From contig OZ240241.1 in assembly GCA_965198115.1 (NCBI GenBank), positions 5,728,001 through 5,792,000 of the forward strand: a stretch of DNA of 64,000 nt. The letters run 5' to 3'. Both the position numbers and the translations under genes were made by a program. Under the pieces are notes generated by a model. That model saw nothing but the letters and a program-made list of their open reading frames with translations, did no database searches and was not told the DNA's origin. This DNA comes from Candidatus Latescibacterota bacterium (GTDB lineage: Bacteria; Latescibacterota; UBA2968). This document shows, piece by piece, positions 51,489-60,971 of the stretch. The stretch's first letter is position 1; each line of letters starts with the position of its first letter.

Positions 51489-52232
51489 CTATCGGTCGTC
51501 GGCGCTGTCCTGGGGTTCGAAGCCGAGGACCTCTTTGGCGTGGGTCATGTCGCGGTAGCCGTATTTGTTGTTCGAGATGACGTAGAAGATGTCGTACTTC
51601 ACGTGGTTGGGTGCTTCGATGCAGGCGCGTACCATTCGAGCAATATCGCCCTGGCTGAGCCAGACGGATTTCTGTCGGGTCTGAAGGGGTTTGTCTTCTG
51701 CGTTCACGGCACCGATACGGAGGCAGATCATCGACATGCCTGCCGTGTCTGAAAAATGACGGGCGAGGGCTTCGCCCCACACTTTCGTGCAGCCGTAGAT
51801 GCCCTTTGGATGGATCGGGCTGAGGTGCGTGAGATTTTCCCATTCACCGGCATCGTCATAGCGGCCCTCGCCCAGGGCTTTGTAAGGCTCGATCGATTCG
51901 TAGCCGGCGATCGTGGAGCCGCTGCTGGCCGCGATGACGCGCCCGATGCCGGCCTGGCGGGCGGCTTCGAAGACGTTGTAGGTGCCGATGACGTTGAAGG
52001 GCAGGAGTTGAGGCCATTCCATGTTTGCTCGCGCAATTGCCGCAAGGTGCACGACCTGATCAATGCCGTCGAACGCGGGGCGGATGGCGTCGAAGTCGGA
52101 GATGTCGGCCTGGACACATTCGACGCCGTCGACGGCGCTTCGGTTGAGGGCGCGAAGCTCGTAGTCGCCTTCGAGTTCCTTGCGGACGGCTCCGCCGATG
52201 AGACCGCTCATGCCGGTGACGAGTATTTTCAT
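51489..52232 (-). CDS. NAD-dependent epimerase/dehydratase (uronate dehydrogenase-like)
   Basis: ILVTGMSGLIG, YGCTK, LRIG, WLSQGD and LGFEPQDSA. Confidence 0.9.
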   Translation of the reverse strand: MKILVTGMSGLIGGAVRKELEGDYELRALNRSAVDGVECVQADISDFDAIRPAFDGIDQVVHLAAIARANMEWPQLLPFNVIGTYNVFEAARQAGIGRVIAASSGSTIAGYESIEPYKALGEGRYDDAGEWENLTHLSPIHPKGIYGCTKVWGEALARHFSDTAGMSMICLRIGAVNAEDKPLQTRQKSVWLSQGDIARMVRACIEAPNHVKYDIFYVISNNKYGYRDMTHAKEVLGFEPQDSADDR

Positions 52233-52403
52233 ATGGCTCTCCAAAAAAGCTAGACTACGGAATACACGGACGAAACCAAAAACGAACCACGAAATACACG
52301 AAACACACGAAAAGGGGACAACCCTTTCTGAGGAGATCTACGTTCGTCCACCGTCCACCGTCCACCGTCCCTCTTCGCGTCTTCGTGCCTTCGTTGTTGA
52401 TTT

Positions 52404-53375
52404 TCAATCCCATTCGAGGATGACGCCGAGGGCCTTGTCGGGCTCGTTGTAGAGCATGTGATAGGCGTCGGGCGTCTTTTCCCAGGGAAGCCGGTGCGTG
52501 ATGAGTTCGGACACATTAACAGTGCCGTCGATGAGCATTTGGGCAGCCTCCTTTTCGCATTCTTCACGGGGCTGGTCGAGGCGGATGCCGGCGACGAGTT
52601 GCTTGTTCATAAAATGATCACCATCGAGGGGGAGTGGGTCGCCCTGGTATTTGGCGATCAGATGGATCGCTCCGCCGGGGGCGAGCATCTGTTGGGCCTG
52701 CTTGAATGACTCGATGCCGGCGAACCCACCCACGCACTCGACGACGAGCTCGGCACCGTTCCCACCGGTAAGTTTCTTGACCTCTTCGACGGAGTCGGTT
52801 TTGGACACGTCGATGACAACGTCCGGTTCGAGCTTGCGGGCGATGTCGCAGCGAAGCGGTTGGGCGTCGACGACGATGATCTTTCCGGGATTACGTTCGC
52901 GGATGATCTGACCACACAGGCTGCCGACGATGCCCTGGCCCAGTATGACCGCCGTTTGTCCGGGCTCGATCGGAGAGGTGCGCATCCACATGACGGAGCT
53001 GGTCGCCAGAGGGAGGAAGGTTGCCGTCTCGTAGGGCAGCTCGTCGGGGAGCGCAAACGCGCGAATCCGCGGCCCGGACGTATCTGCGAGCACGAATTGC
53101 GCGTGCGGCGCGCTGACCATCACTCGCTGGCCGACCTCGAATCCCGTGACATCGGGTCCCAGTTCGATCACTTCACCCGCGTCGGAATAGCCCATCACCT
53201 CGGGCGGGCGAGGTTCCTCGAGTACGTACCGATGAAACAGTTCTGAACCGCGACTGATCAGGCTTCGCTTGACCTCTACGAGAATCTGGCCGGGGCCGGG
53301 TTCGGGACGATCGACCTCGATCATCTGAACATTGCCGAAGCCTTGGAGTTTCTCGAGTCGTTTCATGCGTGGCAT
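52404..53375 (-). CDS. Medium-chain (zinc-binding-type) alcohol dehydrogenase family protein
   Basis: SLISRGSE, GYS..GEV, GQGIVG and LITHRLP; AGGAG RBS. Confidence 0.9.
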   Translation of the reverse strand: MPRMKRLEKLQGFGNVQMIEVDRPEPGPGQILVEVKRSLISRGSELFHRYVLEEPRPPEVMGYSDAGEVIELGPDVTGFEVGQRVMVSAPHAQFVLADTSGPRIRAFALPDELPYETATFLPLATSSVMWMRTSPIEPGQTAVILGQGIVGSLCGQIIRERNPGKIIVVDAQPLRCDIARKLEPDVVIDVSKTDSVEEVKKLTGGNGAELVVECVGGFAGIESFKQAQQMLAPGGAIHLIAKYQGDPLPLDGDHFMNKQLVAGIRLDQPREECEKEAAQMLIDGTVNVSELITHRLPWEKTPDAYHMLYNEPDKALGVILEWD

Positions 53376-53388
53376 TTAACACTCCTAA

Positions 53389-54650
53389 GTGCATGGGTTC
53401 ATAAATATTATTACGTATGTCCTGAACATTATTTGTAGCTTATGTTCTCCTTCAAAAGGAGGAGAACAATGCCAAGACGTTCGCCTTATGTGGTGCTACT
53501 GTCTGAGAAGGAACGGGTCGACCTCGAGCGAATGGCTGGACAATATACGTTATCGTATTATCAAGTGATCCGATCGAAAATCGTGCTTCTCGCCGCCGAG
53601 GGATTATCCAACAAGATTATCGCCCAACGGTTGGATGTCCCGCGTCCGATCGTAAGCAAATGGCGTAAGCGCTTTTTCGAAGAGCGTCTTTCGGGACTCG
53701 AAGATAGATCTCGTCCCGGGCGCCCGCCCGGTTTTCCCCCCTCAGGTGGTCGTTCAGATCAAGGCGCTGGCGTGTGAACTACCGAGCGAGAGCGGGATAC
53801 CGCTCTCGCGGTTCAGCTGTTCCGAGATTGCCGCCGAGGCAGTGCAAAGGGGCTTCGTTGCCAAGATCAGCGGCGCCACTGTCTGGCGCTGGTTGAACGA
53901 GGACGCGATTCGTCCTTGGTATCATCGCTCCTGGATTTTCCCACGGGACCCGGACTTCCAAACCAAAGCAGGTAGAGTCCTTGATCTGTATCACCGCCAA
54001 TGGCAAGGAAAGCCTTTAGGGCCGAGGGAATATGTACTTTCTGCCGACGAAAAGACCAGTATTCAAGCACGAGCTCGCAAGCACGTTACCCTACCGCCAG
54101 CCTCGAACAGAGCGGCACGCGTTGAAACACGAATACGAGCGGAAAGGAGCCCTGGCCTATCTGGCTGCTCTCGACGTGCACAATGGTCGAATCTTCGGTC
54201 TCTGTGAGTCTTCTTCGGGTATCGAGCCCTTCAACCGGCCCCTGAGCCTGATCATGAGCCGGAAACCCTATTGCTCGGCAAAGAAAGTCTACCTCATCGT
54301 GGATAATGGCTCCTCGCACCGAGGGCAAACATGCATCGACCGTATCCAGGGGAAGTGGCCAAACATCCACCCCGTTCACCTTCCGATCCACGCAAGCTGG
54401 CTCAATCAGATCGAGATCTACTTCTCGATCCTCAAACGCAAGGCTCTGACACCTATCGAATTTGCATCGCTCGAAGAGCTTGAGGCAAGAATCCTCGGTT
54501 TTCAGGAACGCTACGGACGTATCGCCACACCCTTCAAATGGAAGTTCACACGAACAGATCTCGCGGAGATGATCGACAAACTCAGGTTCTACGATACGCC
54601 CTTGGCAAAGTCTGCTTAGAATACGTCACCGTATTTGAGAACAGGAGTAC
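53389..54650 (+). mobile_element. IS630-family insertion sequence, complete copy 2 (1262 bp)
   Basis: Imperfect ~30-bp terminal IRs (GTGCATGGGTTCATAAATATTATTACGTAT vs reverse-complement GTACTCCTGTTCTCAAATACGGTGACGTAT). TAA flanks both sides (53386-53388 and 54651-54653). Confidence 0.93.
53469..54619 (+). CDS. IS630 transposase encoded in three frames (shifts near 53735 and 54125)
   Basis: HTH ORF (KWRKRF..GLEDRSRPGRP), then the SADEKTSIQA frame, then the HEYERKG/DN/WLNQIE frame. Confidence 0.88.
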
Positions 54651-54830
54651 TAAGACTTGAACCACCAAGGCTCCAGACACCAAGAACGACACACGGATAG
54701 TGGTGGTTTCCCGGATGTAGAGACGGCCCCGAGTTGGTTGCTGCTTCTCTGTCTGGGGTTCTGCCGTTCTCAGTACAATCCTTCTGGTTTTCTTGGTGCC
54801 TTCGTGTCTTGGTGGTTTAAGGTTTGTGGT

Positions 54831-55919
54831 TCACGGGTTTCCCATTCGCAGAGATCGGTCCTCCACGGGCAGGTCGACGCGGACATTTCCGCGGCGGTGT
54901 GACTCGCGGATGGCGATGCCGGTTTCGAGTGCTTCGCGGCCGAATTCGCCGGGGCAGACTTCCTCGCGCCCCTTTTCGACCGATCGGCAGACGCCTTCGA
55001 TGGCGTCGACCATGGAGCTTCTTGGATGCCAGGGACCCGGGAGTTGCGTTCTTGTCGGTGCACCTGTGATGGGGTGGGGCGACTGGATTTCGAATTGGGA
55101 ATGGGCGTGCCGGGAGATGATGCGGCCGGTTTCGCCGATGAACTCGATGGCCCAACTGGACTGAACGTTCTCGACGCGCGAGTTTAGAAGGGTGTGGACG
55201 CCGTTCTCGTAAACGATCGTACCGGAGCCCGGGATGTCTTCGTCGGTGGCTGCGCGTTCGTCGGTGTCGATGATGCCAACGACCCATTTTGCGGGGGCAC
55301 CGACAAAGAGCCGAATCAGCGCGAGGCTGTGGCTCCCAATGTTCGAGAGGGGGCTGGGGCTGTGGCAGACGACGGATTTCAACGAGCCGATGATGCCGTC
55401 GGCGATGAGCTGTCGTGCTTTGGTGTAGTAGCTGTACCAGTTGAGGTGACAGGCGATGGCAAGGATTGTGCCGCTCTTTGCGCAAGCTTCGATCATCGCG
55501 TCGGCCTCAGCGAGGGTACGACACATCGGTTTCGTGGCGTAGATGGCTTTAACGCCCATTTCGGCTAGACCGATGGTGATCTCGGCGCGCGGCTCGGGAC
55601 GTGTGGTGAGGCAGACTACGTCGGGCCGCTCTTTCTCAACCATTGCGCGATAGTCTGTGTAGAGGGCTTCGGTGCCCCAGCGACGGCCGAAATCATCGAG
55701 CTTGCTTTGTTCGGCATCGGCAGCGGCGATGAGGTCGATCCCCCGCGCTTCGATCATGGCCGGTGCGTGCGCCCAGGGCCAGGGGTAGTTGGGCATGTCG
55801 ATGTGTTCGTCGTCGATCGTGCTGCCCATGCGGCCACAGCCGACGACGGCGCCGCGATAGGTATTTTTCGGTGCGGTGTCGCTAACAACCTGGAATGCCA
55901 TGCCCTTGGACTCAGCCAT
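54831..55919 (-). CDS. Gfo/Idh/MocA oxidoreductase
   Basis: VVGCGRMG, YTDYRAMVEKERPD, ATKPM and NIGSH. Confidence 0.9.
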   Translation of the reverse strand: MAESKGMAFQVVSDTAPKNTYRGAVVGCGRMGSTIDDEHIDMPNYPWPWAHAPAMIEARGIDLIAAADAEQSKLDDFGRRWGTEALYTDYRAMVEKERPDVVCLTTRPEPRAEITIGLAEMGVKAIYATKPMCRTLAEADAMIEACAKSGTILAIACHLNWYSYYTKARQLIADGIIGSLKSVVCHSPSPLSNIGSHSLALIRLFVGAPAKWVVGIIDTDERAATDEDIPGSGTIVYENGVHTLLNSRVENVQSSWAIEFIGETGRIISRHAHSQFEIQSPHPITGAPTRTQLPGPWHPRSSMVDAIEGVCRSVEKGREEVCPGEFGREALETGIAIRESHRRGNVRVDLPVEDRSLRMGNP

Positions 55920-57141
55920 CGTCGTCCTCGTAAAACCAATCGATTGGGAGGATACGTCGTTTGCGTGCCTGTGAGCGCCACTCTCGCCCCCATCCACCAT
56001 GGCCGTCGGGCTCATCCGTGGCGTAGCAATCGATGCGGTATTCGTATTCGAGAAAGGCTTTCCCTCCGGCGAAGTTCAAGTTGGCGTAGCTGAACATCCC
56101 ATGATCCGCCGGCAAGTCGCCGACTTCGTCGAAGGAGCGGACGAAGGTGGGTTCGACCGGAGGGCGGACCCAGGCTACGTTGGCATCGACGCCCCCGACT
56201 TCGATCGTTTTAAAGTGAACCCAGGATTGTCCACCATCCTTGGATACGGCAGAGGAGAGGCGGCATCTGCGACCGCCGAGCTCGATTTCCTTCATCGAGA
56301 CTTGATTCCACACGCAGATGAGATCACCTGATTCGGGTACGGCACTGAGTCGGGCTGGAGAGTAGGAGGAGGAGAGTGGGCTGGGTTCGGGCATGCTCCA
56401 CGTTTCGCCCTCGTCTTCGCTCCAGGATTGGAAGAGGACGCCTAGCGTGGTCCGCATGACCATCAGCAAGCGACCGTCCGAGGTCGGGGCGATGTCAGGC
56501 TCGTCGCAGGGGAACATTCCGCCGAAACCATCCTTCCACCAGACGTAGATCTTGCCCTCGCTCTGCGTCCACGTCTTTCCCTCATCGTCGGAATACATGA
56601 CGAAGCCGATGTCCATCTCCGGGGAATGGGCGTGTCCTTCGATGGCGACACGCTTGCCCTCGATGTTGCCGTAGCCGTGCAGGAGGGTCGGTCTGGTGTA
56701 GTGTGATGGGTTGACGGCGCGGAAGGGGATGACGATGCGACCGCTGGGCATGACGGTCATCGTGTCGTGCCAGGCCCAGACGATGCCCTCGACGAAGTCG
56801 ATGCGCGTTTCGGCCGACCACGTTTGCCCCTCGTCGCTCGAGGTGCGAAAGAGGCTGACGTAGACCGTGGGGCGCCCGGGCTTCTGCTCCTCGCGATTGT
56901 AAAGGATGGCCAGATCGCCCGATTTCAGGCGGGAGAGGCTGAAGTTGCGTCCTCCGGTGACGGGTTCCCCACGATCATCTACGACGAGCTGGTTTTCCCA
57001 CGTCGATCCGCCGTCGGTGGAGATGGAGGCTTTCAGGCCGTTCATGAGACGGAGGAGGCGTCCCTCGGAGATTTCGCAGACACAGGAACTGCCTTCGTCA
57101 GACAGGATTTCGTCCGTATCGGTTCCGGCCACGGCTGACAT
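55912..57141 (-). CDS. BNR/Asp-box (sialidase-like) protein
   Basis: STDGGSTW, SSDEGQTW, SDDEGKTW, SEDEGETW and SKDGGQSW; DEP and MRT motifs. Confidence 0.88.
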   Translation of the reverse strand: MSAVAGTDTDEILSDEGSSCVCEISEGRLLRLMNGLKASISTDGGSTWENQLVVDDRGEPVTGGRNFSLSRLKSGDLAILYNREEQKPGRPTVYVSLFRTSSDEGQTWSAETRIDFVEGIVWAWHDTMTVMPSGRIVIPFRAVNPSHYTRPTLLHGYGNIEGKRVAIEGHAHSPEMDIGFVMYSDDEGKTWTQSEGKIYVWWKDGFGGMFPCDEPDIAPTSDGRLLMVMRTTLGVLFQSWSEDEGETWSMPEPSPLSSSYSPARLSAVPESGDLICVWNQVSMKEIELGGRRCRLSSAVSKDGGQSWVHFKTIEVGGVDANVAWVRPPVEPTFVRSFDEVGDLPADHGMFSYANLNFAGGKAFLEYEYRIDCYATDEPDGHGGWGREWRSQARKRRILPIDWFYEDDDG

Positions 57142-57330
57142 GGATGGCAACTCCGTTGAGAAGCTGGGGTGAAACGTTGGGCGTGCCCGCTAAGAAAGCC
57201 TATGGGGGAGGAAAAGTAAAAAGGGAAAGAGGAAAATGAAAAATGGGGGCAGGCGTTGCGTCTTCGAGCGGGAGGCTGTACCGTAGACGCGGCGAGTGAT
57301 ACAACGAACGTGCTTGTTTTGCCAAAGATG

Positions 57331-57526
57331 CCGTTCGTCCTTCGATATGACGGGCGACGCTTTTTTCGCTCTGTGGCAGCGATTGCCAGGTCTGGCGAGA
57401 CGTCTACTCAGGATGAACGGCAGGTCGATGGCAGGACCCGTATCCGCTCGTCCTGAGTAGCGATATCGTGGATCTACCTGCTGCTCTGTTACACGAGAGG
57501 CAGATTCGCATATCGAAGGATGAGCG
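57331..57526. repeat. Family B inverted pair (empty site)
   Basis: CCGTTCGTCCTTCGATA..CTACTCAGGATGAACGG and inverted CCGCTCGTCCTGAGTAG..TATCGAAGGATGAGCG. Confidence 0.78.
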
Positions 57527-57573
57527 TTCAAGGAGATGACGATGCACACCGCTACTGAAAGATGGAGGACAGG

Positions 57574-58572
57574 ATGGCTTTGAAGTTCGCTTATCTGGGG
57601 GCGTGGCACAGTCACGCGACGATGCACGTACGGGAAGCCAAGGAACGTCCCGAAGAATCGCAGCTTGTGGGGTTCTTCGATCCGGATCCAGAAGTCGTGG
57701 CAAAGCGGAAGAAGGAATGGAAAGAGTACTTCGACGACTTTCAGGTTTTCGAGTCGGCAAAGGCGTTGCTCGAAAGTGAAGTGGATGCGGTGATCGTCGA
57801 AGGGCACGTGTATCAGAATCTGGACTATGCGGAGCAGGCGCTGGAAGCGGGGAAGCACGTTCTGCTGGAGAAACCGGCTGGATCGAATCTCGAACAGTTC
57901 AAGAAAGTTCAGAAGCTCTCGGCTGATAAGGGGCTCGCACTGAACTTGGCCTATATGTGGCGCTACAATCCGGCGATTCACGAGACGATCAAGCTGACCC
58001 AGTGGGGACGGATGGGCCAGATCTACGGGTATCGCGGTCACATCCCGAAGCCCAAGTCGTGGCACAAGGAGCTGTATACTGAATACAACGCGTATCACGG
58101 TGGGATCTACTTCGAGATGGCGGGGCACTTGGTCGACAATATGGTGGCGTTGATGGGTGAGCCAATTGCGGTCCATCCTTTCCTGCGGTGCCACTATGGG
58201 GATCGAGAAGAAGTCGACAATGCCGTGGTCGTACACGAATACGAGGACGGGCTGGCGCAGATCGATATGGGGGGGATGCAGATCGGGAGTGCGCGTCGCA
58301 TCGAGGTGCACGGCACGGAGGGGACGGCGATTCACGCGCCGATCGGGTCGGGAAACCTGAGTCTATGCTTCGAGAAGAAAACAGATGAATATGCGGAGGG
58401 TTGGCAGGATCTCGAGTTAGGCGCGACGGGATCAAACTGGTCTTTGCTGCGGGAACTCAGTGCGTGCGTGGAAGGCACTAAAGAGCCGGACTACTCACCG
58501 ACGCACGACTTGACGGTGCAGAAGGTTCTGCTGGAGGGGTGTGGTGTTAAGGATGGAAATGCTCTGAGATAG
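57574..58572 (+). CDS. Gfo/Idh/MocA oxidoreductase
   Basis: GKHVLLEKP, YMWRYNP and GGIYFEMAGH. Confidence 0.92.
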   Translation: MALKFAYLGAWHSHATMHVREAKERPEESQLVGFFDPDPEVVAKRKKEWKEYFDDFQVFESAKALLESEVDAVIVEGHVYQNLDYAEQALEAGKHVLLEKPAGSNLEQFKKVQKLSADKGLALNLAYMWRYNPAIHETIKLTQWGRMGQIYGYRGHIPKPKSWHKELYTEYNAYHGGIYFEMAGHLVDNMVALMGEPIAVHPFLRCHYGDREEVDNAVVVHEYEDGLAQIDMGGMQIGSARRIEVHGTEGTAIHAPIGSGNLSLCFEKKTDEYAEGWQDLELGATGSNWSLLRELSACVEGTKEPDYSPTHDLTVQKVLLEGCGVKDGNALR

Positions 58573-58610
58573 AAAATAGAACATTGAAAACTGAATATGT
58601 GAAGGCAAGG

Positions 58611-58646
58611 GGGCTGCGCCGGATTGGGAATCGGCGTGGCCCTTTC
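58611..58646 (+). terminator. Possible intrinsic terminator
   Basis: Stem GGGCTGCGCCG/CGGCGTGGCCC followed by TTTCT. Confidence 0.5.
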
Positions 58647-58820
58647 TGTATGGGATCCATCGGTAGGTTTGGGGCTGGAGTAGGTTGCGGAATCCGTGAC
58701 CATTTCGTGACAAAAAGGGTAATCATCTGTGATGCCTCTGGCTGTCGTTGGCCGATATTTATGCTGGAACCGCACGAACTGAGATTTCAAGGGGGCCGAA
58801 CTCAGCGGAAGGAGATGGTG

Positions 58821-59648
58821 ATGAACCGGAGATCCTGGTTTACGATTCTGATTTGCGGTCTGTTTTGGGCCGGATCGGCGGAAGGCGCGGCGTGGAGCCA
58901 GAAAGAGGGCCACTATTACGCGAAAGTGTCGGGGATTTTCTACTCCGCGGATGAGCTTTTCGATGGCGGTGGAAATCGGCACTCCAATCCACTGAACGAG
59001 ACGTTCAACTCCGCACAGGCTTTTGTATACGTCGAGTATGGTCTACGCGATCGTCTTACGGTGATCGGGGCGACGAGCGGGGGCCGTCTGAAGTCGAAGA
59101 TCGGGCAGACGAGTTTGTCTACGTCCGCCTTGAGCGATCTGGACATCGGCGCAAAGTTTCAGCTGACGGACGGACCTGTGGTGATCGCTCCGTATGTCAA
59201 GTTCAAGGTTCCGACCGGTTACAATGAAGCTGCCGTTCCAGCGGTCGGGACTGGAGATGTGGATTTCGAAGCAAGGTTACTGGCTTCCGGCTCGTTCTAT
59301 CCAGTGCCGGTCTACGTGGGTACGGAGCTTGGGATGCGGGTTCGTTCGGGGAGGTTTTCCAATCAGGTGCCTTACGTCCTAGAAATCGGAGCAACCCCGA
59401 GCCCGAAGCTGTTTCTTAAGGTGGTTCTGGACGGTGTCAACACCCTGATCGGGAGCGGGGGGAATCTGGGAGCGATGGGCTCGATGTCGATGCAGGTTTC
59501 GGAGGGAGATTTCACGAAGGTCGGCTTCAACGCGGCATTCAATGTGACAGGGAAGGTCTGGATCGACGCGACGTATGACACCATCTTTCGCGGGAAGAAC
59601 GTTGGGGCTGGACGGGCGTTTGGTATCGGGCTATCGATCAGTTATTGA
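58821..59648 (+). CDS. Outer-membrane beta-barrel-like hypothetical protein
   Basis: AAGGAG RBS, signal peptide (AEG-AAW), YVEYGL, KVPTGY...GTGDVD, amphipathic strands and a C-terminal Tyr. Confidence 0.75.
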   Translation: MNRRSWFTILICGLFWAGSAEGAAWSQKEGHYYAKVSGIFYSADELFDGGGNRHSNPLNETFNSAQAFVYVEYGLRDRLTVIGATSGGRLKSKIGQTSLSTSALSDLDIGAKFQLTDGPVVIAPYVKFKVPTGYNEAAVPAVGTGDVDFEARLLASGSFYPVPVYVGTELGMRVRSGRFSNQVPYVLEIGATPSPKLFLKVVLDGVNTLIGSGGNLGAMGSMSMQVSEGDFTKVGFNAAFNVTGKVWIDATYDTIFRGKNVGAGRAFGIGLSISY

Positions 59649-59674
59649 ACTTCACGAAGACCATAAAATGGCCA

Positions 59675-60676
59675 CTAACCCCAGACCTCACCAAAGAGCC
59701 TCAGCCAATTCCCACCTATGACTTTGGCCACATCCGATTCGGTGTGGCTCCGTCTCAGTAATTCCAAAGCCACGTTGGAAAAGCTGTCGGGGGTTTCCAT
59801 TCCTTTGGGATGGATCAGAGAATCGGGGTAGGGGAAGGCCCGCGCCTGATACTTCGTGCCTTGTTGCGAAAAGATCCAATCGAAGAAGGAGGCGGGCTGA
59901 TCTTGCGTGTAGTCGGTTCCGATCGCGACGTGATCGACGCCCACGCGACGGATCAGGTCTTCGATCGCGTCCACGTATTCTTCGAGTGTGGTGTCGAATC
60001 TGTTGGGGAAGAAGGCGGGGAAGGCATTGGCGCCGATGACGCCTCCCTTCGCGACGAGGCGGTCGAGCGCTTCGTCGGTCTTGTTCCGTACGTGATCGAA
60101 GAAGGCGCGGGCGTTTGCGTGGGTGAAGGCGACTGGCTGCTCAGACGCTTCGATGGTCTCGAGCGACGTGCGGTCTCCGACGTGGGAGAGATCGATGAGG
60201 ATGCCCAGGCGATTCATCTCGCGGATCGCGTCCAGACCGAAGTTGCTCAGGCCTTCGTCCCTTCGTTCATAGCAGCCGTTCCCCAGTAGATTTCTCTCGT
60301 TGTAGGTGACCTGGATGATCCGAACGCCGAGCGCGTGGAAGATCTCCAGGCGGTCCAGGTCGTTTTCGATGGGTGATGCGTTCTGCCACCCGAAGATGAT
60401 GCCCACCTTGCCGTCTTTCTTGGCCTGCCTTATATCCTCCGCCGTCCGAACTTGACAAAGAACGTCCTCGTACTCCCTGAACCGGCGCAGCCAGGCCTCG
60501 ATGTTGTCCATCGCCTGGGCATAGTTCTCCCAGATGGCGCTGGTGGCATTGATGGCCGTTACGCCTCCGGCGTGTAGACTCTTGTAGACGGCTGGACTGT
60601 CCCAGTTGCTGACGTTCAGGCCGTCGATGACGATGGAATCTTTCCAGAGTTGGGTGGCTGTCTGTTCGACTGACAT
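59675..60676 (-). CDS. Membrane (renal, M19) dipeptidase family protein
   Basis: IQVTYN, GILIDLSH, FTH, RNKTDE, IGTD and IGGNWLR. Confidence 0.92.
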   Translation of the reverse strand: MSVEQTATQLWKDSIVIDGLNVSNWDSPAVYKSLHAGGVTAINATSAIWENYAQAMDNIEAWLRRFREYEDVLCQVRTAEDIRQAKKDGKVGIIFGWQNASPIENDLDRLEIFHALGVRIIQVTYNERNLLGNGCYERRDEGLSNFGLDAIREMNRLGILIDLSHVGDRTSLETIEASEQPVAFTHANARAFFDHVRNKTDEALDRLVAKGGVIGANAFPAFFPNRFDTTLEEYVDAIEDLIRRVGVDHVAIGTDYTQDQPASFFDWIFSQQGTKYQARAFPYPDSLIHPKGMETPDSFSNVALELLRRSHTESDVAKVIGGNWLRLFGEVWG

Positions 60677-60677
60677 T

Positions 60678-60815
60678 TCAGGCTTCCTGTTTGTTGGGTG
60701 CAGGGCGGCGATTCGCCAGTGCGGATTGGAAGAGCACGGCGATGATAAGCAGGATACAGGGACCGGCCACAATAGGCTGGCTCAACGGCAGCGCGAAAAT
60801 ATAGCTAGGTCGCCG
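60678..60815 (-). pseudogene. Possible 3' remnant of a membrane-protein gene
   Basis: PSYIFALPLSQPIVAGPCILLIIAVLFQSAL...* stops 1 bp before the dipeptidase start; its upstream side abuts a half family A repeat. Confidence 0.45.
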
Positions 60816-60971
60816 AATGCTGTCATCACGGTGGTATCTTGAGCCAGGATCTATTTTCCTGCCCAATTGCGCGTTAAGCAGCGAAATTGGACCCTCCCTC
60901 CCCTTCGGTCGGGACAGGCTCCCGAGAAGCTGTGAGTAACCTTACGATTTCGGAGACATTGGGAACACCAG

